Source of the DNA: Methanobacteriota archaeon
Lineage (GTDB): Archaea; Halobacteriota; Bog-38; Methanoflorentales; Methanoflorentaceae
Assembly (NCBI GenBank): GCA_003139855.1
Contig: PLGY01000025.1
Location: 9,289 to 73,288 of the forward strand
Reading direction: 5' to 3'
DNA: 64,000 nucleotides
In this document: positions 18,512 through 26,994 of the stretch, piece after piece
Layout of the letters: each line of letters starts with the position of its first letter
Numbering within the stretch: position 1 is the first letter of the stretch
Position numbers and translations under genes: made by a program
Notes under the pieces: model-generated
What the model saw: only the letters and a program-made list of their open reading frames with translations
The model's database searches: none
What the model was told of the DNA's origin: nothing

Positions 18512-19774
18512 CTAATCACTTATAGTTTTTGGTCGCCGTTTTCCAGTCTCGCTTACCTTGAACCGGCTTAGAAGCACGCCACCGTAGGCGATCTCATCCG
18601 AGACCATTCCGGTAGCAATTGCGAACATTGTGCCTATGATAAGGGTAAGCGTTAGCATGGCCGAAGGGACACAACTTTGGCGAAAACTACTCACGATCCA
18701 ACAATTTTTGTGCCCTCGCACGTAATGATCAGTTTGTCCCAGATTCCGTTATAGAAAAAGCCCTGAATAAGCCGCGAGCACAAGCAACAATGGCCGAATC
18801 TCTTGAATCTTAAGAAATGCGCAAAAGACTACGTCACTTATGTAAGATAACAAAAACTGGGCTAAACATATCAGAACCAGGAAGTAAGCTGGGTACCTCC
18901 CAGCCCTGGGCCGCAAATCCCAGTCAAGAGAGCAATGCGGGTATGGCCATAGAAAGGACGGTTATCAGCGGCACAATCAGGAAAATACTCGAGCGATAAT
19001 GTGCGTCAGATACCCCTACGGCGTAAGCAGTCGCTATGACGTTGAGGTAGCGCATGCAATCTGCTACGCTGAGACGCCGTGGACGCTGTCAGCGCCCAAA
19101 TAGACGCTGAGGAGATTAGTGATCCCATTCTTTCTCAGTCAAAACGAGCGAGAACCCCAAGAGCACTTTTTGAATAAGGATTAGAGCTCAAGTAAGGAGC
19201 CGACGCATATACCGACTAAGCCGAGCGTCATGTTGCGAAATAGGACAAAAAATGTGAGTGCAACGCTCTAGTCAATGATGTTTGTGAAAACGACAGTCTG
19301 ATCTTGTAGAGCGCCAGTTTGAAAGATTGTGAACGGCGTATATCGTAAGCAAAACGCTATTTAGCCGAAAATCCCTCGTACTGGGCCAAGCTGGCTGAGT
19401 AACTTGTGGGAGGGTCTGACGACGATTTCTGGCAGAGAGACTGCAATCGAGCGAAAAAAAGCAATATAAAGAGCATTGATCGGCACGTCGGCAATCCGCG
19501 AGTTTCGTTCGGCAACGATCTTCACAACGCCTTCCAATCCGAGGCTCATCACGGCGCTCAAGATCGTAGTTGTGGCCAGAATGGCGAGATAAGTTCAGCA
19601 AACCTGTACGGCAGGCACCATTCGACAAAAAGGTTCATCTGCCAGTGATGAGTTTCGCCAGCGCATATCTGGCCCTCAAAACTGAGAGCCCTCACAAGAG
19701 CTTCGGATGAAGTGCAACAACAAGTAGCATGCTTTTTGAAAAACCGACGCAAGTCTCGCGACGGTGTTGGCCAT
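18512..19774 (-). pseudogene. Decayed polytopic membrane gene, Wzx/MOP-flippase-like
   Basis: This 1.26 kb stretch has no long ORF. Membrane-protein-like peptide segments are scattered over all three minus frames (MANTVARLASVFQ.., ..RYALAKLITG.., MSLGLEGVVKIVAERNS.., VGVSDAHYRSSIFLIVPLITVLSMAIPALLS*LGFAAQGW.., ..LTLTLIIGTMFAIATGMV..). They are interrupted by frameshifts and in-frame stops. Confidence 0.45.
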
Positions 19775-19853
19775 TATGGGTCAACTATTCAGCCGCTCTT
19801 GCTAAATACGCTTTTGTTGGCGCATCTAAAAGATTATTAACGTTTACTCTGCT

Positions 19854-21011
19854 ATGGTCAATCGGATGTCTAAAGAAAGGTGCAGAATCCTGTTTGTAAC
19901 TTCTTTCGACGTTCGACTGATTGACAGCGTGAAAACAGACGGCAGCATGATTCGTCTGCTCAAAGATTTCTTGCTGAGATACGAGGATCTGTGCGATCTA
20001 TTCCTGTTTACAGGAGACACAAGCAAATTTGATTTGGCCCCCTCCATAGAACACGTTCCGTCGGCGGTGTTCGAGAAATTTGGTCTTTGGCACTCGTCAT
20101 ATGCTGTCTTAAGCACATTCAGAATCGCCAAGCGATTGAAAGGAAATGCGCTAGTCAGGGGGTTTTCTGCTGCGTGTCCCGGGGCAATAGTCGCAGCAAA
20201 GGCAAAAAAGAAGCCCTCACTCGTTTTTTATGAATATAACTGGTCGTATCAAGTTACGCACGTGAACAAAGGCAAAATCCTTGGAACAGTTGCAAGACTT
20301 ATCGAGAACTATATCATAAAAAACGCCGATGTTTTAGTCACGCGAAACCAGTCTCTTGAAACAGAGCTTTGCGAAAGAGGCGCTAAGAGAGTGGTCATCA
20401 TACCATTGACGTTCGATGAAGACATTTTCAAACCAGGTATTGATGTAACTGAGCTCAAAAAGACTTACGGCGTCCGAGATGAAAAGATACTCATGTATAT
20501 TGGAAGACTGCATCCAGTCAAACGGCTTGACATCCTTCTCAAGGCAGCTGCCCAGCTTCATGAGCACTTCAAGCTCTTTATAGTCGGTTCTGGAGCTCTG
20601 GAAGATGAGCTCAAAGACATGACAAAATCCCTTGGCATTGCGGACAAGGTGGTTTTCACGGGCGCAGTGCAATATTCCGACGTGCCGAAATTCATGAATA
20701 TGGCAGACTTGATCGTGCTGACCAGTTCAATAGAAGGGCAGCCGAGGGTTCTGATAGAGGCGATGTCTTGCGGGACGCCGGCGGTTGGAACGAACGTGTT
20801 CGGAATTAGGGATACTATAGATGACGGGGTGACAGGCTATCTCGCCTCTGACGATCCTGATGACATCGCAAGAAAAATTTCGGAGGCCTTGGCAAACGAT
20901 GCGTTTCCACAAATGTGCAGGTCAGTCGCACTTGAGAAATACTCGAACGAAGCCAGTGCGTTGAAAGAAAAGGCGCTATGCAAAGAGCTTTTGGCGCTCG
21001 ACAGCTACTAA
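19854..21011 (+). CDS. GT-B group-1 glycosyltransferase (CAZy GT4-like)
   Basis: 385 aa. The C-terminal domain is YIGRLHPVKRLD...SSIEGQPRVLIEAMSCGTPAVGT (E-x7-E motif). Confidence 0.8.
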   Translation: MVNRMSKERCRILFVTSFDVRLIDSVKTDGSMIRLLKDFLLRYEDLCDLFLFTGDTSKFDLAPSIEHVPSAVFEKFGLWHSSYAVLSTFRIAKRLKGNALVRGFSAACPGAIVAAKAKKKPSLVFYEYNWSYQVTHVNKGKILGTVARLIENYIIKNADVLVTRNQSLETELCERGAKRVVIIPLTFDEDIFKPGIDVTELKKTYGVRDEKILMYIGRLHPVKRLDILLKAAAQLHEHFKLFIVGSGALEDELKDMTKSLGIADKVVFTGAVQYSDVPKFMNMADLIVLTSSIEGQPRVLIEAMSCGTPAVGTNVFGIRDTIDDGVTGYLASDDPDDIARKISEALANDAFPQMCRSVALEKYSNEASALKEKALCKELLALDSY

Positions 21012-21184
21012 CTTTTGACATACTCTGCCTAGCTTGCTGGGCTAGTCCTCGCACTGTTTCGTTTTCTCAGAGTAAGCGCACTCACAAAGTCAATTCACTG
21101 CCAAGACACTGTAACTCGCCTTAGAACCTTGGTCAAAGCTTGATTTCAGCGAGGACTTGATCGTAGCTTGGAGAAGGACGTTAG

Positions 21185-21208
21185 GAAGGGAGGTCCGAAG
21201 GGAGGTCC
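21185..21208. repeat. 12-bp tandem duplication gaagggaggtcc x2 in a 383-bp non-coding gap
   Basis: The two copies at 21185-21196 and 21197-21208 are identical. Each contains GGAGGT. Confidence 0.9.
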
Positions 21209-21394
21209 GAGCGAGGGTGTACAGCTTCGAATGGTCAGGATATAACAGGCTGGAGCCCTAACGAAAGAAAACGTTAAGAACCTGCGCAAGGCGAAGACAG
21301 ATTGACCCCAGTATTCAGACGACACTTTCTGGGCGCCGTGGTAGGGTCTCTTGTCGGTAAGCACTGAGGAACGTCCGCTGTGAGCCGATATTCA

Positions 21395-21982
21395 CTATTG
21401 CGGGGGCTTCTGGGTTTTGACGACCTGCTCGTCTGGAAGTTCGATGTGCTGATCTAGCTCGTGCTCAAACATGTTGGTCAAAACGGCTTTCAGCTCCTTT
21501 CGAGGAATGTTTCCGGTATCTTTCAAGCGGCACTTCTCCAAATACTCCTCGTAAGTGCAGATGAATCGTGCCGGATTGCCCGCATAGACACTGTTCGGCG
21601 GCACGTCTTTCGTGACCACAGATCCAGCCCCTACCACGCTATTCGGACCGATGACTATGCTGGGCATTATAATCGCGTTAACGCCGATGAAAGAGTTATC
21701 CCGGATAATTATGGGGCCGAACTTGCTGCCTTCGAAGTCCGCGTTCTGCTCGAGCACCCATTTGGCTCCGTCGTGAGTCATAAAGGTGACGCCGTACGTA
21801 ATCTTGCAATTATTTCCGATCGAAATTAAGTACGGTTCGGTGCTCAAATTGCAGTAGTAGAGTTGACAGTTGCTGCCTACGCGTACTCCTAATCTTCGTG
21901 CTAGGCGAACGCGGGCGTTTCCTGTGCTTATCCTGAATAAAACGATGTTCAATCTGTAAGCGATTTTTTCTAGCCAGTTCAT
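21395..21982 (-). CDS. Hexapeptide-repeat O-acetyltransferase (maltose/galactoside acetyltransferase-like)
   Basis: 195 aa with LbH repeats IIRDNSFIGVNAIIMPSIVIGPNSVVGAGSVVTKDVPPNSVYAGNPARF. Confidence 0.75.
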   Translation of the reverse strand: MNWLEKIAYRLNIVLFRISTGNARVRLARRLGVRVGSNCQLYYCNLSTEPYLISIGNNCKITYGVTFMTHDGAKWVLEQNADFEGSKFGPIIIRDNSFIGVNAIIMPSIVIGPNSVVGAGSVVTKDVPPNSVYAGNPARFICTYEEYLEKCRLKDTGNIPRKELKAVLTNMFEHELDQHIELPDEQVVKTQKPPQ

Positions 21983-22110
21983 TTGACGATTGTTTGTTGA
22001 TTTAGATACGTTCCTGCTTGCTGAACCGACAGCCGCACGTTACACAATCTATATTTTACCCCGCTCTTTAAGCTTGCGATCTCCGCTCAAACTCGCCGAG
22101 CCTAAGCGAG

Positions 22111-23217
22111 GTGATAGGTGGCACTTTATTATTATTAGGTAGATATGTTGCACCACAACTTTGCGTTATGTTCAAAGCAATTCCCGTAGAAAGAAAAAGT
22201 AGAGTTATCCATGATTTTCCCTACAGTGTCGAGAGCAGGCGATGTCCACACGCAGGTATCGTCAATATCACAAAGAGCGGGCACTGCGTTTTTGATTGCG
22301 CATATTGCTATGCGAAGAGCTACCCTTGGTCTGCGAACGGACATTTCATTGAGGTGTACGAAAATACGCCCGAGCTGCTTGATAATGAATTAAGAACGAT
22401 TCGCACGTGTCCGCCTCTTTATTTTTGCGCCGTGACCGATCCATTTCAACCGTTTGACCTCGTGTGGAAAACTTCCCTCGACGCAATGCGCATCGCCGCG
22501 AACCATGGCGTTTTTTTTACTATCGTCACTAAATCAGACCTCGCTTTGAAAGTCCTTGAAACTCGCTGGGCAGATTATGAAAGATTTCGCGTTTCCTTCA
22601 CGTGTGAGGCTCTCAACCGTAACAAGCTCAGCGCGATCAGCAATGCGCCAGACGTCTTTCGCAGGCTGAGAGCAATCGAAAGGCTCGTGAGTGCTGGCGT
22701 CAACGTCTCAGTGAGAGTTGATCCGATAATCTCTGGGTTGACTGATGATTACGGTGAGTTAGACGAACTGTTTCAGACGTTGAGTTCGATGGACGTTTGC
22801 CACGTTACCACGTCAACTGGCAGTTTCAATTCCCGGGCGTTTCGGAAATTACTCGCCAGGATCGAGGAAGGGGGCTATGCGGAGTCAGCTGCGCTAGTCC
22901 GAAGTCGCTATGTCTTTAATGGAAAAAAGTACACGCTAAACCTGAAGGACCGACTGGCGCTTTACACATATCTCGCGTCGCTTTGCGATCATTACGACAT
23001 GGGTCTCTCTCTTTGCCAAGAACCGCTTAATCTCATACCTGGTGACGCCACACGATGCCGCACTCTTGGAGAGTTGGCTATTCGAGATCGGTCCGGGCGG
23101 TTCATTCCAGTTTGCGGTTCTGACTGCTTAAACGCTTGTCCAAACGCGGAATATCCGCCTTGCAAGAACGAGAACCTTCGCACGGAATACCCCTTCAAAT
23201 GGCGGACGCTTAGATAG
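22111..23217 (+). CDS. Radical SAM enzyme (SplB/DNA-photolyase-like subfamily), Cys-rich C-terminus
   Basis: It has the CxxxCxxC motif CVFDCAYC and a C-terminal CGSDCLNACPNAEYPPC cluster. The start is uncertain (GTG 22111 or ATG 22168). Confidence 0.7.
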   Translation: MIGGTLLLLGRYVAPQLCVMFKAIPVERKSRVIHDFPYSVESRRCPHAGIVNITKSGHCVFDCAYCYAKSYPWSANGHFIEVYENTPELLDNELRTIRTCPPLYFCAVTDPFQPFDLVWKTSLDAMRIAANHGVFFTIVTKSDLALKVLETRWADYERFRVSFTCEALNRNKLSAISNAPDVFRRLRAIERLVSAGVNVSVRVDPIISGLTDDYGELDELFQTLSSMDVCHVTTSTGSFNSRAFRKLLARIEEGGYAESAALVRSRYVFNGKKYTLNLKDRLALYTYLASLCDHYDMGLSLCQEPLNLIPGDATRCRTLGELAIRDRSGRFIPVCGSDCLNACPNAEYPPCKNENLRTEYPFKWRTLR

Positions 23218-23325
23218 GGTCGTTCGTTTGACGTCGTTACTGTGCCATTTTATGCGCCGGCCAATTAACGATGCTTTTAAGTATTAGCCGTACGGAATAA
23301 AACCTGAAACTTTTTCGCTCGTGAC

Positions 23326-24246
23326 ATGATTGCGTTAGTTACAGGTGGCTACGGGTTTATAGGAAACCAGATTGCCGAGCTAATCTCGACGGAATATTCG
23401 GAAGTGCGCATACTTGACAATCTAAGCAATGCAGCGCGGGTAGTTCGATTGCCGAACGTGCGCCTAATCAAGACGGATATCAGAGATACAGACGCGACGA
23501 ACGAGGCATTTGATGATGTTGACGTAGTTTTCCACACCGCCGCTCGCGTCGACGTAGTCGCAAGCACCAGAGAGCCATTCGTCGATATGGATAACAACGT
23601 TAAGGGAACTTTATCAGTCTGTGAGGCTGCTCGAAGAAATGACGTGTCTAAGCTCGTTTACTCATCTAGCGCTGCCGTCTATGGAAATGCTGATTCTTTT
23701 CCCACAGATGAGGCGCAGCCGACACGTCCTCTATCTCCCTATGCTGTGAGCAAGTATTGCGGCGAACTCTACATGGCTGCTTATCATCATTTGTATGGTC
23801 TCAGCACGCGGTCTTTGCGATACTTCAACGTTTATGGTCCTTATCAGCGTCCGGAAAACGCGTACTCTGGCGTGATTAGTAAATTCTTCTATAATGCAAC
23901 AAGAGACGCGCCTCTGGAAATACACGGCGACGGCAATCAGACCAGGGACTTCGTGTATGTAACAGATGTGGCGAATGCGAATCTGCTGGCAGCAAATAGC
24001 GACGCACCAAATGCAGTTGTGAACATAGGAAGCGGGCGCGAGACGTCTATAAATGAACTAGCCACGATAATCAAGGAAATGGCCCTCTCTCATTCAAGCA
24101 TCGCGCACGGCGCCCCGCGCATCAGTGACGGCAGGAGATCACTGGCGGATATTAGGAACGCAAAGCGAATCATCAACTATGAGCCACAAATCCACATAGC
24201 TGAGGGCCTTGCAAAGCTCAGGCAGTTCTTTCGCGGTACCCGCTGA
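23326..24246 (+). CDS. NAD-dependent nucleotide-sugar epimerase/dehydratase (UDP-hexose 4-epimerase-like SDR)
   Basis: 306 aa with GGYGFIGNQ (GxxGxxG) and a YAVSK (YxxxK) catalytic motif. Confidence 0.85.
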   Translation: MIALVTGGYGFIGNQIAELISTEYSEVRILDNLSNAARVVRLPNVRLIKTDIRDTDATNEAFDDVDVVFHTAARVDVVASTREPFVDMDNNVKGTLSVCEAARRNDVSKLVYSSSAAVYGNADSFPTDEAQPTRPLSPYAVSKYCGELYMAAYHHLYGLSTRSLRYFNVYGPYQRPENAYSGVISKFFYNATRDAPLEIHGDGNQTRDFVYVTDVANANLLAANSDAPNAVVNIGSGRETSINELATIIKEMALSHSSIAHGAPRISDGRRSLADIRNAKRIINYEPQIHIAEGLAKLRQFFRGTR

Positions 24247-24394
24247 AAATTCGAGTTTCAGCTTGGTCGAAATAGTCAATGAGCCTGAGGTTGTCCCGTG
24301 CCTCGAATCGTATTCGCATCGCCAAACAGAAGATAATAGATTACTTATGCGAAGGTAACCGGACGATTAATGATGTCGATCGGATCGAGCATTA

Positions 24395-24428
24395 CTATAA
24401 TCTGCAATCGGCTATAATCTGCAATCGC
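24395..24428. repeat. 17-bp tandem duplication in a 386-bp non-coding gap
   Basis: ctataatctgcaatcgg (24395-24411) is followed by ctataatctgcaatcgc (24412-24428). Confidence 0.9.
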
Positions 24429-24632
24429 GCTATTTTTTGGCTGTTCTCCAGTGCTGGTAAATGCCACCAGTGGAATCACTGCGCATCGTTATTTGCTACC
24501 CTCGCCAGCGCAACAATCTTGCTCCTGATAATGTGGGCTGAGGCCAGCGCGCTTAGCAGTCAAAGACAGATGAGACACTATCCGGCCAAAAGGCGGAGCC
24601 TAACCACGAGCTCTCTTCGTCTAAGCAATCGA

Positions 24633-25256
24633 TCATAAGGTCAGCTTTGCCAGATCGAACGCTTCAGCTTTACTATGATTATGAATCGCTAGCATTCCGG
24701 CCTGAAAAGCGCGATACTGTGCGAGACCAGCTATCGCTTCTGTTCGCACGTAGTACTTATCGTTCTGCGTTTCGTGGAGCTTTAAAGCCTCGAGCTTGAT
24801 GTTGAAGAAACGCGTAATGTTGACAAAAACTCGCGGAGTAAACTCGAGTGACACGCTCGGAGACTCATAGAGAAAAATGTCATTCACGTGCCTGTACAGT
24901 GTCATAGTCGCAAGGGCGGTATTTCGATGATCTTGGTGATTGTCGTGTGGACTGTGCGTATATATTCTATCGGGCTGTAATGCATTTACCTTTGCCTGAA
25001 TAAGCTCGATTGTCTGAAAGTCAGTTGGAATCATGCGATCTTTGAGATTCTCAATAGTGATACTGTCCGCGCCAAGGATCTGTGCAGCTTTCTTACACTC
25101 ACTGACTCTTTTGTCACTTGGCCCCCCTGCTTCGCCTTTGGAAAGTACAAGAAGGTGTACGTCGTCGCCTTCGTGTTTGTGATGGGCTAGCGTTGCGTAG
25201 CAACCTAGCTCACAATCATCTGGATGAGCTCCGATCGCTAGAATTACTTTACTCAA
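24633..25256 (-). CDS. PIG-L / LmbE family N-acetylglucosaminyl deacetylase
   Basis: It has the AHPDDCELG and HDNHQDH metal-binding motifs. A TTG start at 25256 gives the family-typical N-terminus MSKVILAIGAHPDD. That start overlaps the stop of the upstream gene in TTGAGTAA. The track ORF extends to 25313. Confidence 0.8.
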   Translation of the reverse strand: MSKVILAIGAHPDDCELGCYATLAHHKHEGDDVHLLVLSKGEAGGPSDKRVSECKKAAQILGADSITIENLKDRMIPTDFQTIELIQAKVNALQPDRIYTHSPHDNHQDHRNTALATMTLYRHVNDIFLYESPSVSLEFTPRVFVNITRFFNIKLEALKLHETQNDKYYVRTEAIAGLAQYRAFQAGMLAIHNHSKAEAFDLAKLTL

Positions 25257-26862
25257 ATAAACCACCAGTGCATAATTGTTTAATAGTGTTGAACAATGCG
25301 TCCATCGAAGCATCGGTGCGCAAAGGTACGTCTGCGTTAAAACTTATATTTCCTTCAAGCGCATGCAACCATTGGGCACAGGTCGATCGTATCCCTATGT
25401 TAGTTGTATAATCGATGACAGAGGGAATCACGTTGAGCGTTTTCGACGTATTGCCCACGATCGAGCGATCTCTCGCGATCTGATTTCGTTCAAATCGTGT
25501 TTTCAACTCATTTTGCATACTTACAATCGTAGCTATTCTCTCTTTAAAGCCATCAAGTTTCCTATCTGCGACTGCACTTTTCAAGTTGTCAAGCGCGCAG
25601 ATGACGCCGTCGACGTCCGCGAGCATATCGTCCAACTCGCCCTGGACGATCTCCACGTCGCACTTCTCATCCTTCGCCAGCTTGTATTGAGATCGTACCC
25701 TCAGTAGTTCGAGAATTGCGTCCAGCTGTCCAACGCCTGCGTAGGTATCTTTCGGTCTCCACATCGAGACGACCGGGAATCGCATCCCAAACTCTCCAGC
25801 GATCTTCTCAGCTCTGCTCAGATATTCGGCGCCTCCGTGGCCGCCGACGTAGAACGAAAGGCCTATGCCGCTAAAGGCGATGAGCATCGCCTCCGCTCGC
25901 AGCGACACGTTGGGTAACATCTGTCCCAGGGCGGAGCGTAGATCCCCCGGAAACTTTACAGTTGTGGTGCACGAGCGACACTTCGCCACGAGCATATGAT
26001 CGGGTACGTGCGTCATCTCCACGTCAGCTTTTCCGCCGCACGGGCAATGATACCAAACAGGCATGGGTGGCTTCGTAGCTAGGTTCTTCTGCGACTCGGC
26101 CATCAATTTAGCGTACTGGTCGTAGTTTTCCAACAGAAAAGCGATCTCTTCAGTAAACACCTGTTGGCATTGGGAAAACCGCGCGAATGCGGTTGTATAC
26201 CCACACTCTTCAATGAGGTATGCGAAAAAGAATGCGTTAAAATCAGCCGCGTTCGTGCTTCTCTCATACGCCCTATCGATAACATCAGACACGACGCGCG
26301 TGTCGAGGTCGACCTCCGGAACCGGCAGCCTCAAACGTTTCGCGTATTTCACAACCGAATCGGACGACTCGCTCGCCCAGCGTTCGATGTCGCTTTTTAG
26401 CCTTACGAGTTCGTCGCGGTCTGGCTTCGGAACAACGCGCATAAGCTTGTTGTAGTACGTCGGAGCAACCGGCAAGTGGAGGGTCAGCGTGCCGTTTCTG
26501 TTTCTGACGCTCGGCAGCTGCGCTTCTCGGAACCACCGCTCATCAGCGAAGTCCTGGTCGGCAAAACAAAAGAGCTCAACTACAGGACAGCCAAGTCTCT
26601 CTCGCAACCGCTCGGCCACCGCGTGGACGAGCACCACCTTGCGCACGACCCCACTGTAGGGCAAGAAGTTAGGCTGATGGGCAGACATCAAAACAATTCC
26701 TTCATAATCTGCTTGAAGCGGGATTCGAGAATCGTTATGAAACGCGCTGACGTGTTCAGCAAACGCTTTGCGCTTGCTTCGCATCGCGTGGTCGGGGTAA
26801 ATAGCGTTGCTTGCAACAACTCGCGTGAGTTCCTGCAGATTCTTGCATTGATCTCCTTTCAT
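25249..26862 (-). CDS. BshC-like (bacillithiol cysteine-ligase family-like) protein with inserted Cys4 zinc ribbon
   Basis: 537 aa, the same size class as BshC. SAHQPNFLPYSGVVRKV...CPVVELFCFADQDFADE resembles the BshC GQQxGLxxGPLYxxxK...PVxPxFWxAxEDHDxDE pattern. GGHGGAEYLSRAEKIAGEFGMRFPVV resembles AGPGExxYW...G.KMPxV. The C-terminus looks like a coiled coil. There is an extra CPCGG-x21-CRSC segment. This assignment is from memory and was not searched. Confidence 0.5.
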   Translation of the reverse strand: MKGDQCKNLQELTRVVASNAIYPDHAMRSKRKAFAEHVSAFHNDSRIPLQADYEGIVLMSAHQPNFLPYSGVVRKVVLVHAVAERLRERLGCPVVELFCFADQDFADERWFREAQLPSVRNRNGTLTLHLPVAPTYYNKLMRVVPKPDRDELVRLKSDIERWASESSDSVVKYAKRLRLPVPEVDLDTRVVSDVIDRAYERSTNAADFNAFFFAYLIEECGYTTAFARFSQCQQVFTEEIAFLLENYDQYAKLMAESQKNLATKPPMPVWYHCPCGGKADVEMTHVPDHMLVAKCRSCTTTVKFPGDLRSALGQMLPNVSLRAEAMLIAFSGIGLSFYVGGHGGAEYLSRAEKIAGEFGMRFPVVSMWRPKDTYAGVGQLDAILELLRVRSQYKLAKDEKCDVEIVQGELDDMLADVDGVICALDNLKSAVADRKLDGFKERIATIVSMQNELKTRFERNQIARDRSIVGNTSKTLNVIPSVIDYTTNIGIRSTCAQWLHALEGNISFNADVPLRTDASMDALFNTIKQLCTGGLFE

Positions 26863-26994
26863 GAATCACCTAAAAACATGACCGCAACAAGCTTTGGAAC
26901 GTGAAATCCAACATTAAGTTCAAATCAGCAAAATCCAACGCTACGTTCCAAACAGCATGACAAGTAAGCCTATATAGTTATTTTCCGTATAGAT

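Noticed and set aside
18512-19774. The in-frame TGA/TAG codons in the membrane-protein remnant might be recoding (selenocysteine or pyrrolysine) or an alternative genetic code.
   Set aside because: The interruptions include multiple frameshifts as well as stops. All other genes in the window read normally with standard stops. No SECIS-like hairpin context was evident.
21146-21364. The purine-rich GGGAGGUCCGA elements and an ACAGA..CCCC segment suggested an RNase P RNA (CR-I/CR-V-like).
   Set aside because: The GAGGAAAGUCC consensus is not present. The candidate conserved regions are only about 135 nt apart instead of about 250 nt. No P4-type pairing could be drawn.
24279-24638. A 119-aa plus-strand ORF fills the gap between the epimerase and the PIG-L gene.
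   Set aside because: It has no recognisable domain. It spans the tandem repeat, has atypical composition and runs into the convergent PIG-L stop. I treat it as non-coding, and the gap itself is reported as a finding.
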